The position numbers were made by a program, and so were the translations under genes. A DNA stretch of 62,934 bases, the filler included. It is 7 parts of 7 records of this genome, joined end to end, with 100 filler letters (N's around TTAATTAATTAA, not from the genome) between each part and the next. Parts side by side here need not be neighbours in the genome. Positions count along the whole stretch, not along the records: positions 47,722 to 62,934 come from SRR31156797_30792; 6 more parts are not named here. One strand, written 5' to 3'. The notes under the pieces were generated by a model. That model searched no databases, was not told where the DNA came from, and was given only the letters and a program-made list of their open reading frames with translations. Below, one piece after another: positions 47,841 through 58,600 of this stretch (the first letter of the stretch is position 1; each line of letters begins with the position of its first letter).

Positions 47841-49387
47841 GGTTCGTCAACCTTTTCAAAAGTGTATCTTGTGTATTCCAGGCGGTCGGCGACCTTAAGG
47901 GAGAAACTTATTACTTTTTCGTCTTCGATGATAAATGGAAATACTTCAGTTCCCATGCGCGAAGGGTAGTAGGTACACAAAAAGCGATCATCATCAAGGT
48001 ACTCAAGGGTTGCTTCCAGATCAGGGTGGTGTTCAAAATCAATGGCCAGATTATTTCCATTCCAACTAATCTCAACCATTCCGTACATTTCATTATGATA
48101 GGTACCCGAAAAATCGTCAATCGGTATGGAAGGTTTATTTTCAAAAGCAACGGTATCACGATAAGCTGCAATTTTTTCGTTGGTATTTTCCTGGCGCCTT
48201 TTGTAAAACCTGTGATACGTGCTGCTGTAATCCCGAAAAGGCAATCCCAAATAAGCATCAATAATCTCCCATTTCAGGGCCTCGTAAAACCAGTTTTCAT
48301 CCGAATTGGTGAGTACCACAACACCAAGGTTAATTTCGGGCACAAGATTTACACCTGTGACAAATCCGAGAATCCCACCCGAATGTGAAATCACTTCCAC
48401 GCATTCATAATCCTTCATGCCCCAGCCCAACCCGTAAAGTGAATAATGGCTGGAGTTGAAAACATGTCCCGACCTGCCCTGCAACATCCTGGGATTTCTC
48501 GTGTTTTTTATGGCTTCAAACGGGATCACCTGCCGGCCATTATACCTACCACTATCAAGCTGGGCAATGAGCCAGTGACTTAAATCTTGAGCTGAGGAAC
48601 TCAGTCCAGCAGCCGGGCCAATCACATCAATGTTTGTGTGTGGGAAGGAAGTCAGTTCTCCATCCTGCAGGGTATGGGCTGCAGCGAGGTTTTCTGCAAG
48701 TTGAAGATTTGCGGAAAGAACCCACGTATTTTCCATGTCCAATGGTTCGAGAATGTTTTCTTCAACATAGCTATACCAGGGTTGCAGTGTTACACTTTCG
48801 ATCACCTCACCTGCCCAGAAATAGCCGGCATTGCAGTAGCCGTATTTTTCACGAAAACCATTTTCAGGCACGATCAGTGGAAACTTTTCATATACCTCCG
48901 GTTTTGTCAGGTTGGAATAAAAATACATGAAATCCCCCTGAAAGGTTCGCAATCCCAGCCGGTGAGAAAGCACATCACTGATGTTCACCTCTTTGGTTTC
49001 CCATGCATCATTCATCCTGAAATCAGGAACCCATTCCACCACTTTATCAGACAGTTTACATTCCCCTGCATGTTCCAGCATCGCCAGTGATGTCCCCACA
49101 AAAGCTTTGGTATTTGAGGCGATCATAAACAGGGTATTCTCATCCACAGGCTCATCCTGCTGAAAGTGCCGCAAACCATAACCTTTTGATACGACAATTT
49201 CCCCATCTTTCACAACTGCCACTGCAACACCCGGAATGTCCCATTCATCAAGTGCCTTTTCCACATAACCATCCAGATCCTTGCGAATAAATTCCGGTAC
49301 TTCAGAATTTTGCGCATTAGAAGGAATAATAAAAAGGAACAGAACAGCAATTGGTAAAATCCTCTGCATAACAAAAAACTTTTTCAT
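47837..49387 (-). CDS. Serine hydrolase (beta-lactamase/PBP fold) with C-terminal DUF3471-like domain
   Basis: SxxK (IASNTK), YxN (YCN), HSGG; signal peptide. Confidence 0.9.
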   Translation of the reverse strand: MKKFFVMQRILPIAVLFLFIIPSNAQNSEVPEFIRKDLDGYVEKALDEWDIPGVAVAVVKDGEIVVSKGYGLRHFQQDEPVDENTLFMIASNTKAFVGTSLAMLEHAGECKLSDKVVEWVPDFRMNDAWETKEVNISDVLSHRLGLRTFQGDFMYFYSNLTKPEVYEKFPLIVPENGFREKYGYCNAGYFWAGEVIESVTLQPWYSYVEENILEPLDMENTWVLSANLQLAENLAAAHTLQDGELTSFPHTNIDVIGPAAGLSSSAQDLSHWLIAQLDSGRYNGRQVIPFEAIKNTRNPRMLQGRSGHVFNSSHYSLYGLGWGMKDYECVEVISHSGGILGFVTGVNLVPEINLGVVVLTNSDENWFYEALKWEIIDAYLGLPFRDYSSTYHRFYKRRQENTNEKIAAYRDTVAFENKPSIPIDDFSGTYHNEMYGMVEISWNGNNLAIDFEHHPDLEATLEYLDDDRFLCTYYPSRMGTEVFPFIIEDEKVISFSLKVADRLEYTRYTFEKVDEP

Positions 49388-49389
49388 GC

Positions 49390-50463
49390 TTAAAACCATT
49401 TTCGGCGTTTCATATATAAATACATACCAACACCAACAACCAGCATAAATCCCATCAAAACCGGATAAGCCCACCTGAACTGCAACTCGGGCATGTATTG
49501 AAAATTCATGCCGTAAATACCTGCTAAAAATGTAAGCGGTATAAAAATGGTCGCCATGATGGTGAGCGTTTTCATTACCTCATTCATCCTGTTGGAGTTG
49601 TTGGCCATGTGCAGTTCCATAAGGCTGATGGCTACTTCGCGATAGCCATCCAGGTTTTGGATCAGGTGTCTGAGATGATCAACCACATCATTGTAAAAAC
49701 TACGGTTTTGTTTTTTAATCAATCCGGTTTCAGATTTCATGACTGCCAAAACAGCTTCTGCGGTGGGCAGCAAAAACTTTTTAAGATTGAAAACATGTTT
49801 CTTGATAGAGGTGATCTTTTCGGCCGGGGATTCCAGTTCATCGGCCGTGAGTTTTGTTTCCATCATAAACATCTCTTCTTCAAGCTGCTCAAAAACGCCA
49901 AAATAATTATCTGTTACAATATCGATTAACCTGTAAAAAATATAATCCTCTTTCCGTTGTCTGATCTTTCCTACCGCTTTTTCAATGCGCTCAATGAAAG
50001 CATTGAAAATAGGAGTCTGGTGTTGCGAAAAACTGATCAGCAAATTTTGTTGTAAAACAAAACCCATATGATTTATTGTAAACTCATCAGCCTCTAAACC
50101 GCCAACAATTGATTTTACAATTAAAAATAAATGGTTATCGAGTTCTTCAGCCTTTGGGAGGTGTTCATGATTGAGTGTATCCTCAATAATCAGGGGATTG
50201 ATACCAAACATTTCGCCTACTTCCCTGAAAACCGTGGTATTACGGAAACCTGAAATATGTATCCAGTCAGTGGTATGGTTGGAAAGCAGGCCGGATATAT
50301 CAGCCGGGTTTTCAACAATAGTTTGATTAAATGTCTGCTCATTGAATGACCTGACCGTGACAATAGTTTCACTGGCTTCCTCTGTTTGGGCGATCAATTC
50401 TCCGGGTGGCCGCCCCGCTTTACGTCTCATCAGGCTGATAAAATTACTCTTTGGAAGTATCAT
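49390..50463 (-). CDS. corA: Magnesium/cobalt transporter CorA
   Basis: NEVMKTLT, YGMNF, MPEL, two C-terminal TM segments. Confidence 0.95.
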   Translation of the reverse strand: MILPKSNFISLMRRKAGRPPGELIAQTEEASETIVTVRSFNEQTFNQTIVENPADISGLLSNHTTDWIHISGFRNTTVFREVGEMFGINPLIIEDTLNHEHLPKAEELDNHLFLIVKSIVGGLEADEFTINHMGFVLQQNLLISFSQHQTPIFNAFIERIEKAVGKIRQRKEDYIFYRLIDIVTDNYFGVFEQLEEEMFMMETKLTADELESPAEKITSIKKHVFNLKKFLLPTAEAVLAVMKSETGLIKKQNRSFYNDVVDHLRHLIQNLDGYREVAISLMELHMANNSNRMNEVMKTLTIMATIFIPLTFLAGIYGMNFQYMPELQFRWAYPVLMGFMLVVGVGMYLYMKRRKWF

Positions 50464-50484
50464 AAAGATGGTATTAGATATGAG

Positions 50485-50544
50485 CAAAAATAATTAAATC
50501 CTGATTGGCTTTAATTTTAACAACAATGAAAATCCCTACTTTTG
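50485..50544. promoter_or_regulatory. Divergent Bacteroidota -7 promoter elements (TAnnTTTG)
   Basis: TATTTTTG on the minus strand at 50485-50492 and TACTTTTG on the plus strand at 50537-50544. Confidence 0.55.
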
Positions 50545-50566
50545 GCGATTAAATTTGAACACATTT

Positions 50567-51688
50567 ATGTTTAGATATTTTCAGAGGATTTTCATCCTGT
50601 TAACCATAGCCTATTTTTTGTCTGCCTGCCATATAGGCCGCTATTTTTACTGGAATTTTGCTGATGCAAAGGATTACAAAAAATTCCCATCGGTTGAGAT
50701 TAAAAAAGGCAGCCGGCCCTTCCATTTTTCTGATGCAGATGAATCAATCCCGCTTGCAGTTCCTGATAAATTCATTGAGAATGAAGATGCTACAAACCTC
50801 AATGATTTTCTTGATCGACACAAAACACTGGCTTTTCTGGTTATCAGGAATGACACGTTAGTGATGGAAGAATATTTTTCGAATTATGATGAAACTTCGG
50901 TGATCCCTTCATTTTCGGTATCCAAAGTTTTTTTGTCGGCCTTAACCGGCATCGCCATTGATGAAGGTAAGATATCATCAGTTGAAGATCCCGTCACCAA
51001 ATACCTTCCTGAACTGCTTGAAAATGATCCACGGTTTGCTGATATCACCATCGAACATCTGATCAACATGCGGTCCGGCATCCGTTTTAACGAGGGATAT
51101 GCCAATCCATTCGCCGATATGGCCAAATTTTACTATGGCCGGAACCTGCGCAAATACATTACGAAACTTAAAATTGAGAACTCACCTGACCAGGTTTATA
51201 ACTACATCAGCGTAAATTCACTTTTGCTGGCCATGATCATTGAGCGGGCCACAGAGGTCCCTTTGAACAACTATTTATCAGAAAAGATATGGCAGCCGCT
51301 TGGGATGGAATTTGACGCAACCTGGAGTACCGACCGAAAAAAAGATGGCCAGATCAAAGCCTTTTGTTGTATCAATGGCAGGGCAAAGGATTTCGCCAAA
51401 TTTGGCAGATTGTATCTGAACAATGGAAAATGGGATGGTGAGCAAATAGTTCCGAAACAGTGGGTAAAGACTTCCTTAAGCATCGCCAACGATTCCCGGG
51501 ACTCACAAGGTTATCCCTATCATTACCAATGGCGGGTTTTGGATGATGGTTCAGCCTTTGCCAAGGGCGTTCTTGGGCAGTACATTTTTATTAATCCCAC
51601 AAAAAACATCATCATAGTCAGGATGGGAAAAAAATCGGATGGCGTGATCTGGGCCGAATTTTTTAAAGCTTTGGGAATCGCCCTGTAA
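50567..51688 (+). CDS. Serine hydrolase lipoprotein (beta-lactamase class C-like)
   Basis: LSAC lipobox, SFSVSK, YNY, AKG. Confidence 0.88.
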   Translation: MFRYFQRIFILLTIAYFLSACHIGRYFYWNFADAKDYKKFPSVEIKKGSRPFHFSDADESIPLAVPDKFIENEDATNLNDFLDRHKTLAFLVIRNDTLVMEEYFSNYDETSVIPSFSVSKVFLSALTGIAIDEGKISSVEDPVTKYLPELLENDPRFADITIEHLINMRSGIRFNEGYANPFADMAKFYYGRNLRKYITKLKIENSPDQVYNYISVNSLLLAMIIERATEVPLNNYLSEKIWQPLGMEFDATWSTDRKKDGQIKAFCCINGRAKDFAKFGRLYLNNGKWDGEQIVPKQWVKTSLSIANDSRDSQGYPYHYQWRVLDDGSAFAKGVLGQYIFINPTKNIIIVRMGKKSDGVIWAEFFKALGIAL

Positions 51689-51717
51689 TCAAACATTTAA
51701 AAATAAATGTGCCCGGA

Positions 51718-52194
51718 TTATTTTTCATAAAAAGCCTCCGCCCCGGGGTACCAGAATTTTTCGCGGGCAATTTTTTCGTTAAACGTAAAATATTGAATCT
51801 GCCCAACAGCACACAATTTCCCATCAGCATCAAAGAGTTCAACGGCAATATCGGCAAGATTGTGATTTTTAGCGATTAGTTTTGCCTGTAGCTTGATATC
51901 CCCCTTGTTCATGTAAACAGGTTTTTTGTATCGAATCTCCAACTTTGAGGTTACACCGGCAGTTTCCATCTTGGCATAAACATACCAGCTGGCAATCTCG
52001 TCCATTAATGTTGATTGGATTCCCCCATGCAAAACTTCGTGATATCCCTGAAAATAATCTTTTGGCGACCAGGTGGCCGTAAGGTATTCACCCTCATCCA
52101 CAAATTTCATTTTCAGTCCGTTTTCATTATCCGGCGAACAGCCAAAACAATTATATCCTTCCAGCCCTTTAAAGGGATTTAATACTTTTCTCAC
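51718..52194 (-). CDS. PaaI-family hotdog thioesterase
   Basis: CFGCSPDN, LHGGIQSTLMDE. Confidence 0.9.
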   Translation of the reverse strand: MRKVLNPFKGLEGYNCFGCSPDNENGLKMKFVDEGEYLTATWSPKDYFQGYHEVLHGGIQSTLMDEIASWYVYAKMETAGVTSKLEIRYKKPVYMNKGDIKLQAKLIAKNHNLADIAVELFDADGKLCAVGQIQYFTFNEKIAREKFWYPGAEAFYEK

Positions 52195-52278
52195 CTTAAA
52201 TATATTTAGTACAGTTGATTGTCCTTCGGCCAGCTTCGCAGTGAGGCGAGCGAGACAAGTTATTCGTCATCCGTTCGC

Positions 52279-52334
52279 AACTCGTAACTCGAAATTCGTA
52301 ACTCCTAACTCAAAACTCACTACTCATCACTCTA
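52279..52334. repeat. Eight degenerate heptamer repeats (AACTCNN)
   Basis: aactcgt aactcga aattcgt aactcct aactcaa aactcac tactcat cactcta; contains the reverse complement of the 47722 repeat core. Confidence 0.75.
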
Positions 52335-53096
52335 CTTCTCCACCCCTTTCTTAAACTTTGTCTCACTGATCATATTGCCCTCTTCATCATATTCAATCCA
52401 TTGGCCGTGTTTAAGGTCATTTTCATACATCCCTTCCAATTTTAAGTTACCACTTTCATAGTATTCCTTGAAAGGCCCGTTCTTCAGATTGTGTTCGTAA
52501 GTCTCCTCGGTCATTAGTTTGCCATCCGGATAAAACGTTTTTTGTACCCCTTCAAAATTACCGTCTTTATAAAAGTATTCGGCAATTACATTTCCATCCG
52601 GGTTGTACCACTTGGAGGCACCTTGCTTAATGCCATTCTCGTAAACAGATTCTTCCTGGGGCCGACCGGTATTATAGTAGGCTTTCTTTTCACCATCCAG
52701 TAGTCCGTTGTTGTAATGCGCTTCGAGAATTACACGTGATCCGCGCTCATACTCCCTCACCGGCCCGTGCAATACATTATCCCTGTAAAATTTTTCTGAC
52801 AGGAAATATCCACGGTCACTAATCTCCACAAACAAGCCTTCTTTCTTACCCATGTTGTAGCTTTGAATGGTATTGATGATTCCTTTTGGGTGATAATACA
52901 CCCATGTACCATGTTTCGTATCGTCAACATAAGTTCCTATCGTTTTCGACCTCCCGATCATTTCTTCCCAGTATCCCTGTTTAAGTCCGTTTTCATCAGT
53001 TTGATTAATCACACTATCACTGGGATAAATGAGTTGTGCGAAAGTGCTCATTCCTGAAAACAGGAAAATGGTAAGGATGAAAGTAAGTTTTTTCAT
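52332..53096 (-). CDS. Secreted MORN-variant repeat protein (YwqK-like)
   Basis: Signal peptide plus repeated G.W..YY..G...E..Y..G units. Confidence 0.85.
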   Translation of the reverse strand: MKKLTFILTIFLFSGMSTFAQLIYPSDSVINQTDENGLKQGYWEEMIGRSKTIGTYVDDTKHGTWVYYHPKGIINTIQSYNMGKKEGLFVEISDRGYFLSEKFYRDNVLHGPVREYERGSRVILEAHYNNGLLDGEKKAYYNTGRPQEESVYENGIKQGASKWYNPDGNVIAEYFYKDGNFEGVQKTFYPDGKLMTEETYEHNLKNGPFKEYYESGNLKLEGMYENDLKHGQWIEYDEEGNMISETKFKKGVEK

Positions 53097-53202
53097 ATCT
53101 GATGTAATTTGATTTGGTAAATGGCAAAATTACAAACATCAGGCTAGATAGCAAATCTGAGATCGTCTTAATTTAAATGTGTAGAAATTGGGTTTGAGCG
53201 AT

Positions 53203-54498
53203 TTAACCTTTTAATACCTTTTCCTTAAAAGAAACGGCGTCCTGCTTTACCTTTACATAGTTCACCATTACAAAAAACATGAATAGCACAAACACCGGAA
53301 AGTAGTAATACATGCCATTGATGAATGCCGCAACAGGCATGGTAGTAAAGAAGACAAAGACAAAGAAATTTCCCCTGATCTCTTTTTCAAATTTCCGGAA
53401 TATATGCACAAAAAACAACAGGTAAAAAACGAACGAGATAAAGCCATAAGCATAAATTATGGAAAGAAAATCATTGTGAAACCAAATGGACATATGCAGA
53501 TTTTGGATGTTGGCCTCTAATCCGTTTACATAAGTTTTACCAATCAAATAATTATACCAGCTAAAGTGTTGCATCTCCAACCACCAAGATTTCCAGATCA
53601 GTATTCTGGAAAGCCTGTCGATATTATCTGTCATGGTGATGACCAGTGATGAAAACGGCTCCAGTAATGTATTGTGGGTGAATTTGAAAAAAGGGTACCT
53701 GAATATAACAACCAACACACCAATTACTGCAAACGACGCAAGCACCCACAAGGTTTTTCGCCGAATAAAATAAAGCATCACCGCAACCACAATGGCAGCA
53801 AAGAAGGTCCGTACACCGGAATAAAACATGAATAGAAAAGCTACTCCGGATATCACGACAAATAACCAGTTTCGTTCTCTGAAATACAAAAAAGCATAGG
53901 ATAGTCCGATGAATCCAAGCATGTAAGTGGCAATATGCGGAATCCTGAAAATGCCATAATTATAATCCCGGTTATATTCCAGTACATCCAACTTGTCATT
54001 ATCATGGTTCACATTTTTTTTTGCCTTAAATTCGGTGGGAGTAATGGTTTCCATATCCTCAGTAAAACTGTCAGAATTTATCCCCATGAAGGCAAAGCTG
54101 AACATCATAAAAATCACAAGTGTAAAAACGTGGACGCTCTTAATGGAGAACAATTTTGCGTGTGCCAGGTAATAATAGAATGATGTAACAAAAAAAAGGA
54201 TAAACAGCAGGTCGGAAAAACTTTGGCGATCCCATTTATAAATGACCCCGGATACTAAAAAAGTTCCTGCAAAAACAGCAATGAACATCATCAGAAATTT
54301 GTCCATTTTTCGCTCCAGGAATAAATCAGTCCACAACAATGGCAGGATCAGGATGATAAACGGTACAAAAACCGGTATATTCCAAAACAGGTTAATTCCG
54401 GAATCGAGAGCAAACACAGCTAAAGAAAGTAAAAAGATGAAATTAGGATTGCTGATCCAAAGCTTGTCGAATAATGTTCTCAGGCGGGTAACTGTCAT
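53203..54498 (-). CDS. O-antigen ligase/polymerase-like membrane protein
   Basis: About 12 TM segments, SGVRT, FHNDFL in the large loop. Confidence 0.75.
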   Translation of the reverse strand: MTVTRLRTLFDKLWISNPNFIFLLSLAVFALDSGINLFWNIPVFVPFIILILPLLWTDLFLERKMDKFLMMFIAVFAGTFLVSGVIYKWDRQSFSDLLFILFFVTSFYYYLAHAKLFSIKSVHVFTLVIFMMFSFAFMGINSDSFTEDMETITPTEFKAKKNVNHDNDKLDVLEYNRDYNYGIFRIPHIATYMLGFIGLSYAFLYFRERNWLFVVISGVAFLFMFYSGVRTFFAAIVVAVMLYFIRRKTLWVLASFAVIGVLVVIFRYPFFKFTHNTLLEPFSSLVITMTDNIDRLSRILIWKSWWLEMQHFSWYNYLIGKTYVNGLEANIQNLHMSIWFHNDFLSIIYAYGFISFVFYLLFFVHIFRKFEKEIRGNFFVFVFFTTMPVAAFINGMYYYFPVFVLFMFFVMVNYVKVKQDAVSFKEKVLKG

Positions 54499-54502
54499 AT
54501 GC

Positions 54503-55300
54503 TTAATTCAAACTGATTATTGACTTTGGCATAAACAAGGAATTGTCAACACGTTTATTATCTTTCAAAATCACCAATGATCCCGGCTCAATAATCACAA
54601 TTTCCGAACCGCAAACCTGCACCATCGAATGCTCACCCAGCCCAAGAAGGGTATTATTGCTTTTTAAATTTTCGGAAAGCCATTGCTTCTCATCCTTGAA
54701 AAATTCCGAATTATCGATCGTGACACCAGGTACAAGGCCAAGTCCCGGCCGGATTGTATACTTGCCGGTTTCCTGCTCATCTTCTTGTTGAACCACAACC
54801 TGACCACCAAACAAATCACAACCATCAGCAACAGCTACGATCGTTGCCCCCGACTTCCATGCCTCTAAAAATGAAGTTTTAAGCTTTTCATCATTTAGGA
54901 TGGCATTGTGGTATTCCCGTGAAGTTAGTGCCAAAAATATCAACCGTGCATGCTTAACGGCCACGCGATTTGCCGGTGAAACCTGACCGCTATCGGTGAT
55001 GCCCAAAACATGGTTCGCATGCAATTGATTAAAATTGAGCATTTCATCAAACCTTCTTATATAGCTTGCTTCCAGGTTTTTCTCACCTGTTATCATCAGG
55101 GTATAGCCTTCGGAGTGGATTCCGGACATTTTCAGGATATCCCTAAAATATTTGGAATTCAACATTTGAGGCCCTGTTAAAAATAACTTACCATGATTTG
55201 TGCCAGGGGATTGTTTATCACACTCAAAGCTTTCATGCCTCGGACTGCACGAAAAAAATCCTATAACAACCAGAAGTAATAAAAGGTGCTCTTTACGCAT
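54503..55300 (-). CDS. Cyanophycinase/peptidase S51-like lipoprotein lacking the catalytic motif
   Basis: FFSC lipobox; fold-like segments (GKLFLTG, SGATIV, GLGLVPGVTID, LGLGEHS) but AVADG in place of GTSAG. Confidence 0.6.
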   Translation of the reverse strand: MRKEHLLLLLVVIGFFSCSPRHESFECDKQSPGTNHGKLFLTGPQMLNSKYFRDILKMSGIHSEGYTLMITGEKNLEASYIRRFDEMLNFNQLHANHVLGITDSGQVSPANRVAVKHARLIFLALTSREYHNAILNDEKLKTSFLEAWKSGATIVAVADGCDLFGGQVVVQQEDEQETGKYTIRPGLGLVPGVTIDNSEFFKDEKQWLSENLKSNNTLLGLGEHSMVQVCGSEIVIIEPGSLVILKDNKRVDNSLFMPKSIISLN

Positions 55301-55604
55301 GTCTCGATTTTTGAAATTCAAAAGTAACCAAATAAGGTTCAAAGTTAAAACGACTGGATATGATGCAATAAAAAATGTGTAGATGATCCTCCTACCTTTA
55401 GCAAAATATCTGCTTAGGTTTTGTATTTTGGCCCTCAACCGAAGGTCTTAATCACTCAATATCTGAATTTTAAATAATTCTAATCAAACAGAAATTTATA
55501 CATCAAAGACCAGCATATAAAAATCTTTAATTTTGTTAAGGTACTTGGATCAAATCCAAATCCACAATTAGCACCACAGATTAAAAAGAAAAAATCATAA
55601 TAAG

Positions 55605-58600
55605 ATGAGAAAACTTTACACCCTCCTCCTGCTTAGCATTATGAGCACTGTTGCCTTTGGCCAGGTCCACACCACCTATCTTTGGCATCTTCAGCAACCC
55701 ATTTACTGGCCCGAACAAAGCCAGTGGGAGCCTAACCAGTACCAGGAGGCCTGGGAATCACAATATCTGAAATCGAACGGAGGTAATATTTATCCGGATG
55801 GCCAGGCTCATCCGCTGAATGACCTTGAAAATATTTTTGGGAAAGATGACAGAAAGGCTGTTTACCAGTGGCGCACAAAAGATGCGGTTCAAACCCTGCT
55901 CAGCCTCCCGGATGCAGGCGCCCAGGTTAACTACTCAGGTTGCCTCATCGAAAACGTGAACAGCCTTGCAGCAGCAGGCCAGTGGGGTTATGGAACCGGT
56001 TGGCAAAACAACTTCCAGACTGCCCGTGGATGGCAAACCTCCGGAGGACATCCCAGGATGGACATTGTGGGATTTACCTTTCATCATGCCATTGCACCGC
56101 TCATTAGCGACCGCGTGCTGGCTAAAGAAATCCAGGCTCACCGCCATATTTACCAGGAAAATTTTGGTGGTTCTCCCGATTATTCTAAAGGTTTTTGGCC
56201 TGCTGAATGTTCTTTCAGCGAACGGATTATCAAAGTATTGGATGAGGAAGGTTTTGAATGGGGCGTGATCGCCAACAGCCATCTTGCGCGGACCTTGTCG
56301 GATTACCCATTGAGTTTTGGAACCTCAGGATGCAACATCGATCCGCCAAATGCTGCTGATGTGATTTCTACGATCGGTTCGAACTGGTGGAGCGGCCAGA
56401 TTGACGGCCGTGGTGGAACTTTCGCAGCACCATATTGTTACCAGGCTCATAAAGCTCAATATGTCGATCCTGAAACCGGAGAAGTCCACAAAATCACGGT
56501 CGTTCCCATGGATGATGTTTTGAGTTACATGAATGGCTATGCCCTCATGGGAACCGGTGAAATTGATTCGCACATTGCACCTTATGACGATCCGGATCAT
56601 CCAAGTATTGTTTTGATGGCCCACGACGGCGACAATGCCTGGGGTGGCGGTTACGACTATTACCAGAATTCGGTCCCACAATTTGCACAGGCAGCAGCCA
56701 GCCAGGGTTATGTTCCATCCACCATTCAACAATTTTTGGCCAGCAACCCTGTTCCGGAAAATAATGTGGTGAAGGTAGAAGACGGTTCATGGGTGAATGC
56801 AGCCAACGACTGGGGACACCCACAATTCATCAACTGGATTTGGCCGATGTACACCCAGGATTATGAATTCAATCCCAATGGCTGGACAGAAGATGCGCGT
56901 AACTGGGCTGTGCTGGTTGCAGCAGAAAATTTTGTGATTATGGCTGAAGACATAGCCGGAACCCCACCAATTGGAGATGTTGTTGAACCGGATGGCAACT
57001 CATCTCTCTTGGCAAAGGCCTGGCACCACCTGCTTCCGGGCTATACCAGCGGCTATATGTATTACGGCACAGCGCTGGATATGGAGGTAAAACAATCGCT
57101 GGCTGCAAACATTGCTGTGGATTATGCCAGCCAGGTGATCAATACAAAACAATCTGACGATATCACCCCGCCATCCGTTTTTATTCCGCAGCGCTACCCA
57201 TATAATCCCGGAGGAACCGGCTTTGGCCCTACCTATGGTTATCAGCAGCATCAAAACTCCAGCGATTTCACAGTCTGGACTTTTGCTTTTGACGTAAGTG
57301 GATTGCAGGATGTAGTGCTTAAATACCGGCTGGATGATGATGGTGTAAACCCACTGGATGATCACGCCAACGATATTTATGCCGGTGGTACCGGAGTTGG
57401 TGACTGGCAATCCCTGGCCATGGAAAGCCGTCTGTTTCCGGCCGAAAATATCACCAACAATCCGGATATCGATTTCTTTATCATGCCCGACCATATCGCC
57501 TACCAATACTGGGCTGAAATTTCAGGATTATCTGAAACGCTTGTTGATTATTATGTTGAAGCCACCGACATCCATGGAAATACCTTTAAAACACCCATCC
57601 AGCATGTTTATGTGGGCACGTATTCACCGGGTGGCGTGGGCGATGTTGTCTGGACACCGGAAGAACCAGACAACAATGATCTGATCACAATTATCGTGAA
57701 CAACGCCACCCAGGGTGCAAATCTGCACTGGGGCATTAACGGCTTTAACCAACCCATTGAAGATTACTGGCCTGATGGAACATTTCTGGTCAATGGAACC
57801 GGGCCGGCGGTAGAAACGCCATTTAACGGACCAACAGGCGAAGATCAGCTCATCCTTCAGATCGGCCCGTTCAACAACACAGAGCAGGAAGTTTACAATG
57901 TGAGTTTCGTGATCCATTATGCTGATGACACCTGGGACAATAACAACGGCCAGGATTATGCGATAACGCTTGGGCCCGGCGGTGGCGACATTGTGCAGTG
58001 GCTGCCCTCGGAACCCACAGAAAATGAAACAATCACCATAACCGTGAATGAAGCATCGGTGGGCGGAAAGCTGCACTGGGGTGTAAATGGCTGGAACCAG
58101 CCTGATGAAGGTTATTGGCCCGATTACAGTTACTTGTTTGGAGGTAGTGGCCCTGCGGTTCAATCACCCATGAGTGGCCCCAATGGTGAAGGCCAACTGA
58201 CGATCGAAATCGGGCCTTTTAACAACCCGGTTCAGTCAGTAACTCAGGTTAATTTTGTGATCAGTTTCGATGATGGTAGCTGGGACAATAACAATGGCCA
58301 GGATTACCACCTCAATATTACGGCTGCTCCGGATGCCGGCTCTCTCTCCGGTGCGGTAACCAATGCTGACAATGGCGATTATCTGGCAGGAGCCACCGTT
58401 ATGGTTACCGACGGTATCTTCAGTTATTCCACAAAAACTTCCGGAGAAATTGTTCCAGGTATAAATTACGTGATCGAAAATATTCCACCGGGCACCTATT
58501 CGATAGACTGTGAAATCAATGGTTTTGAGCCACAACAACTTACAGAAGTTGAAATTGTAGCCAATGAAACATTTAATGCGGACTTCGATATGGTTCCAAT

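Noticed and set aside
47750-48388. 212-aa plus-strand ORF
   Set aside because: Antisense to the serine hydrolase, and it starts inside tandem repeats.
47837-51688. Antibiotic-resistance beta-lactamases
   Set aside because: Generic SxxK serine hydrolases; nothing supports true beta-lactamase activity or mobility.
52332-53096. Toxin-antitoxin system (YwqK antitoxin label)
   Set aside because: Has a signal peptide and generic MORN repeats; no adjacent toxin gene.
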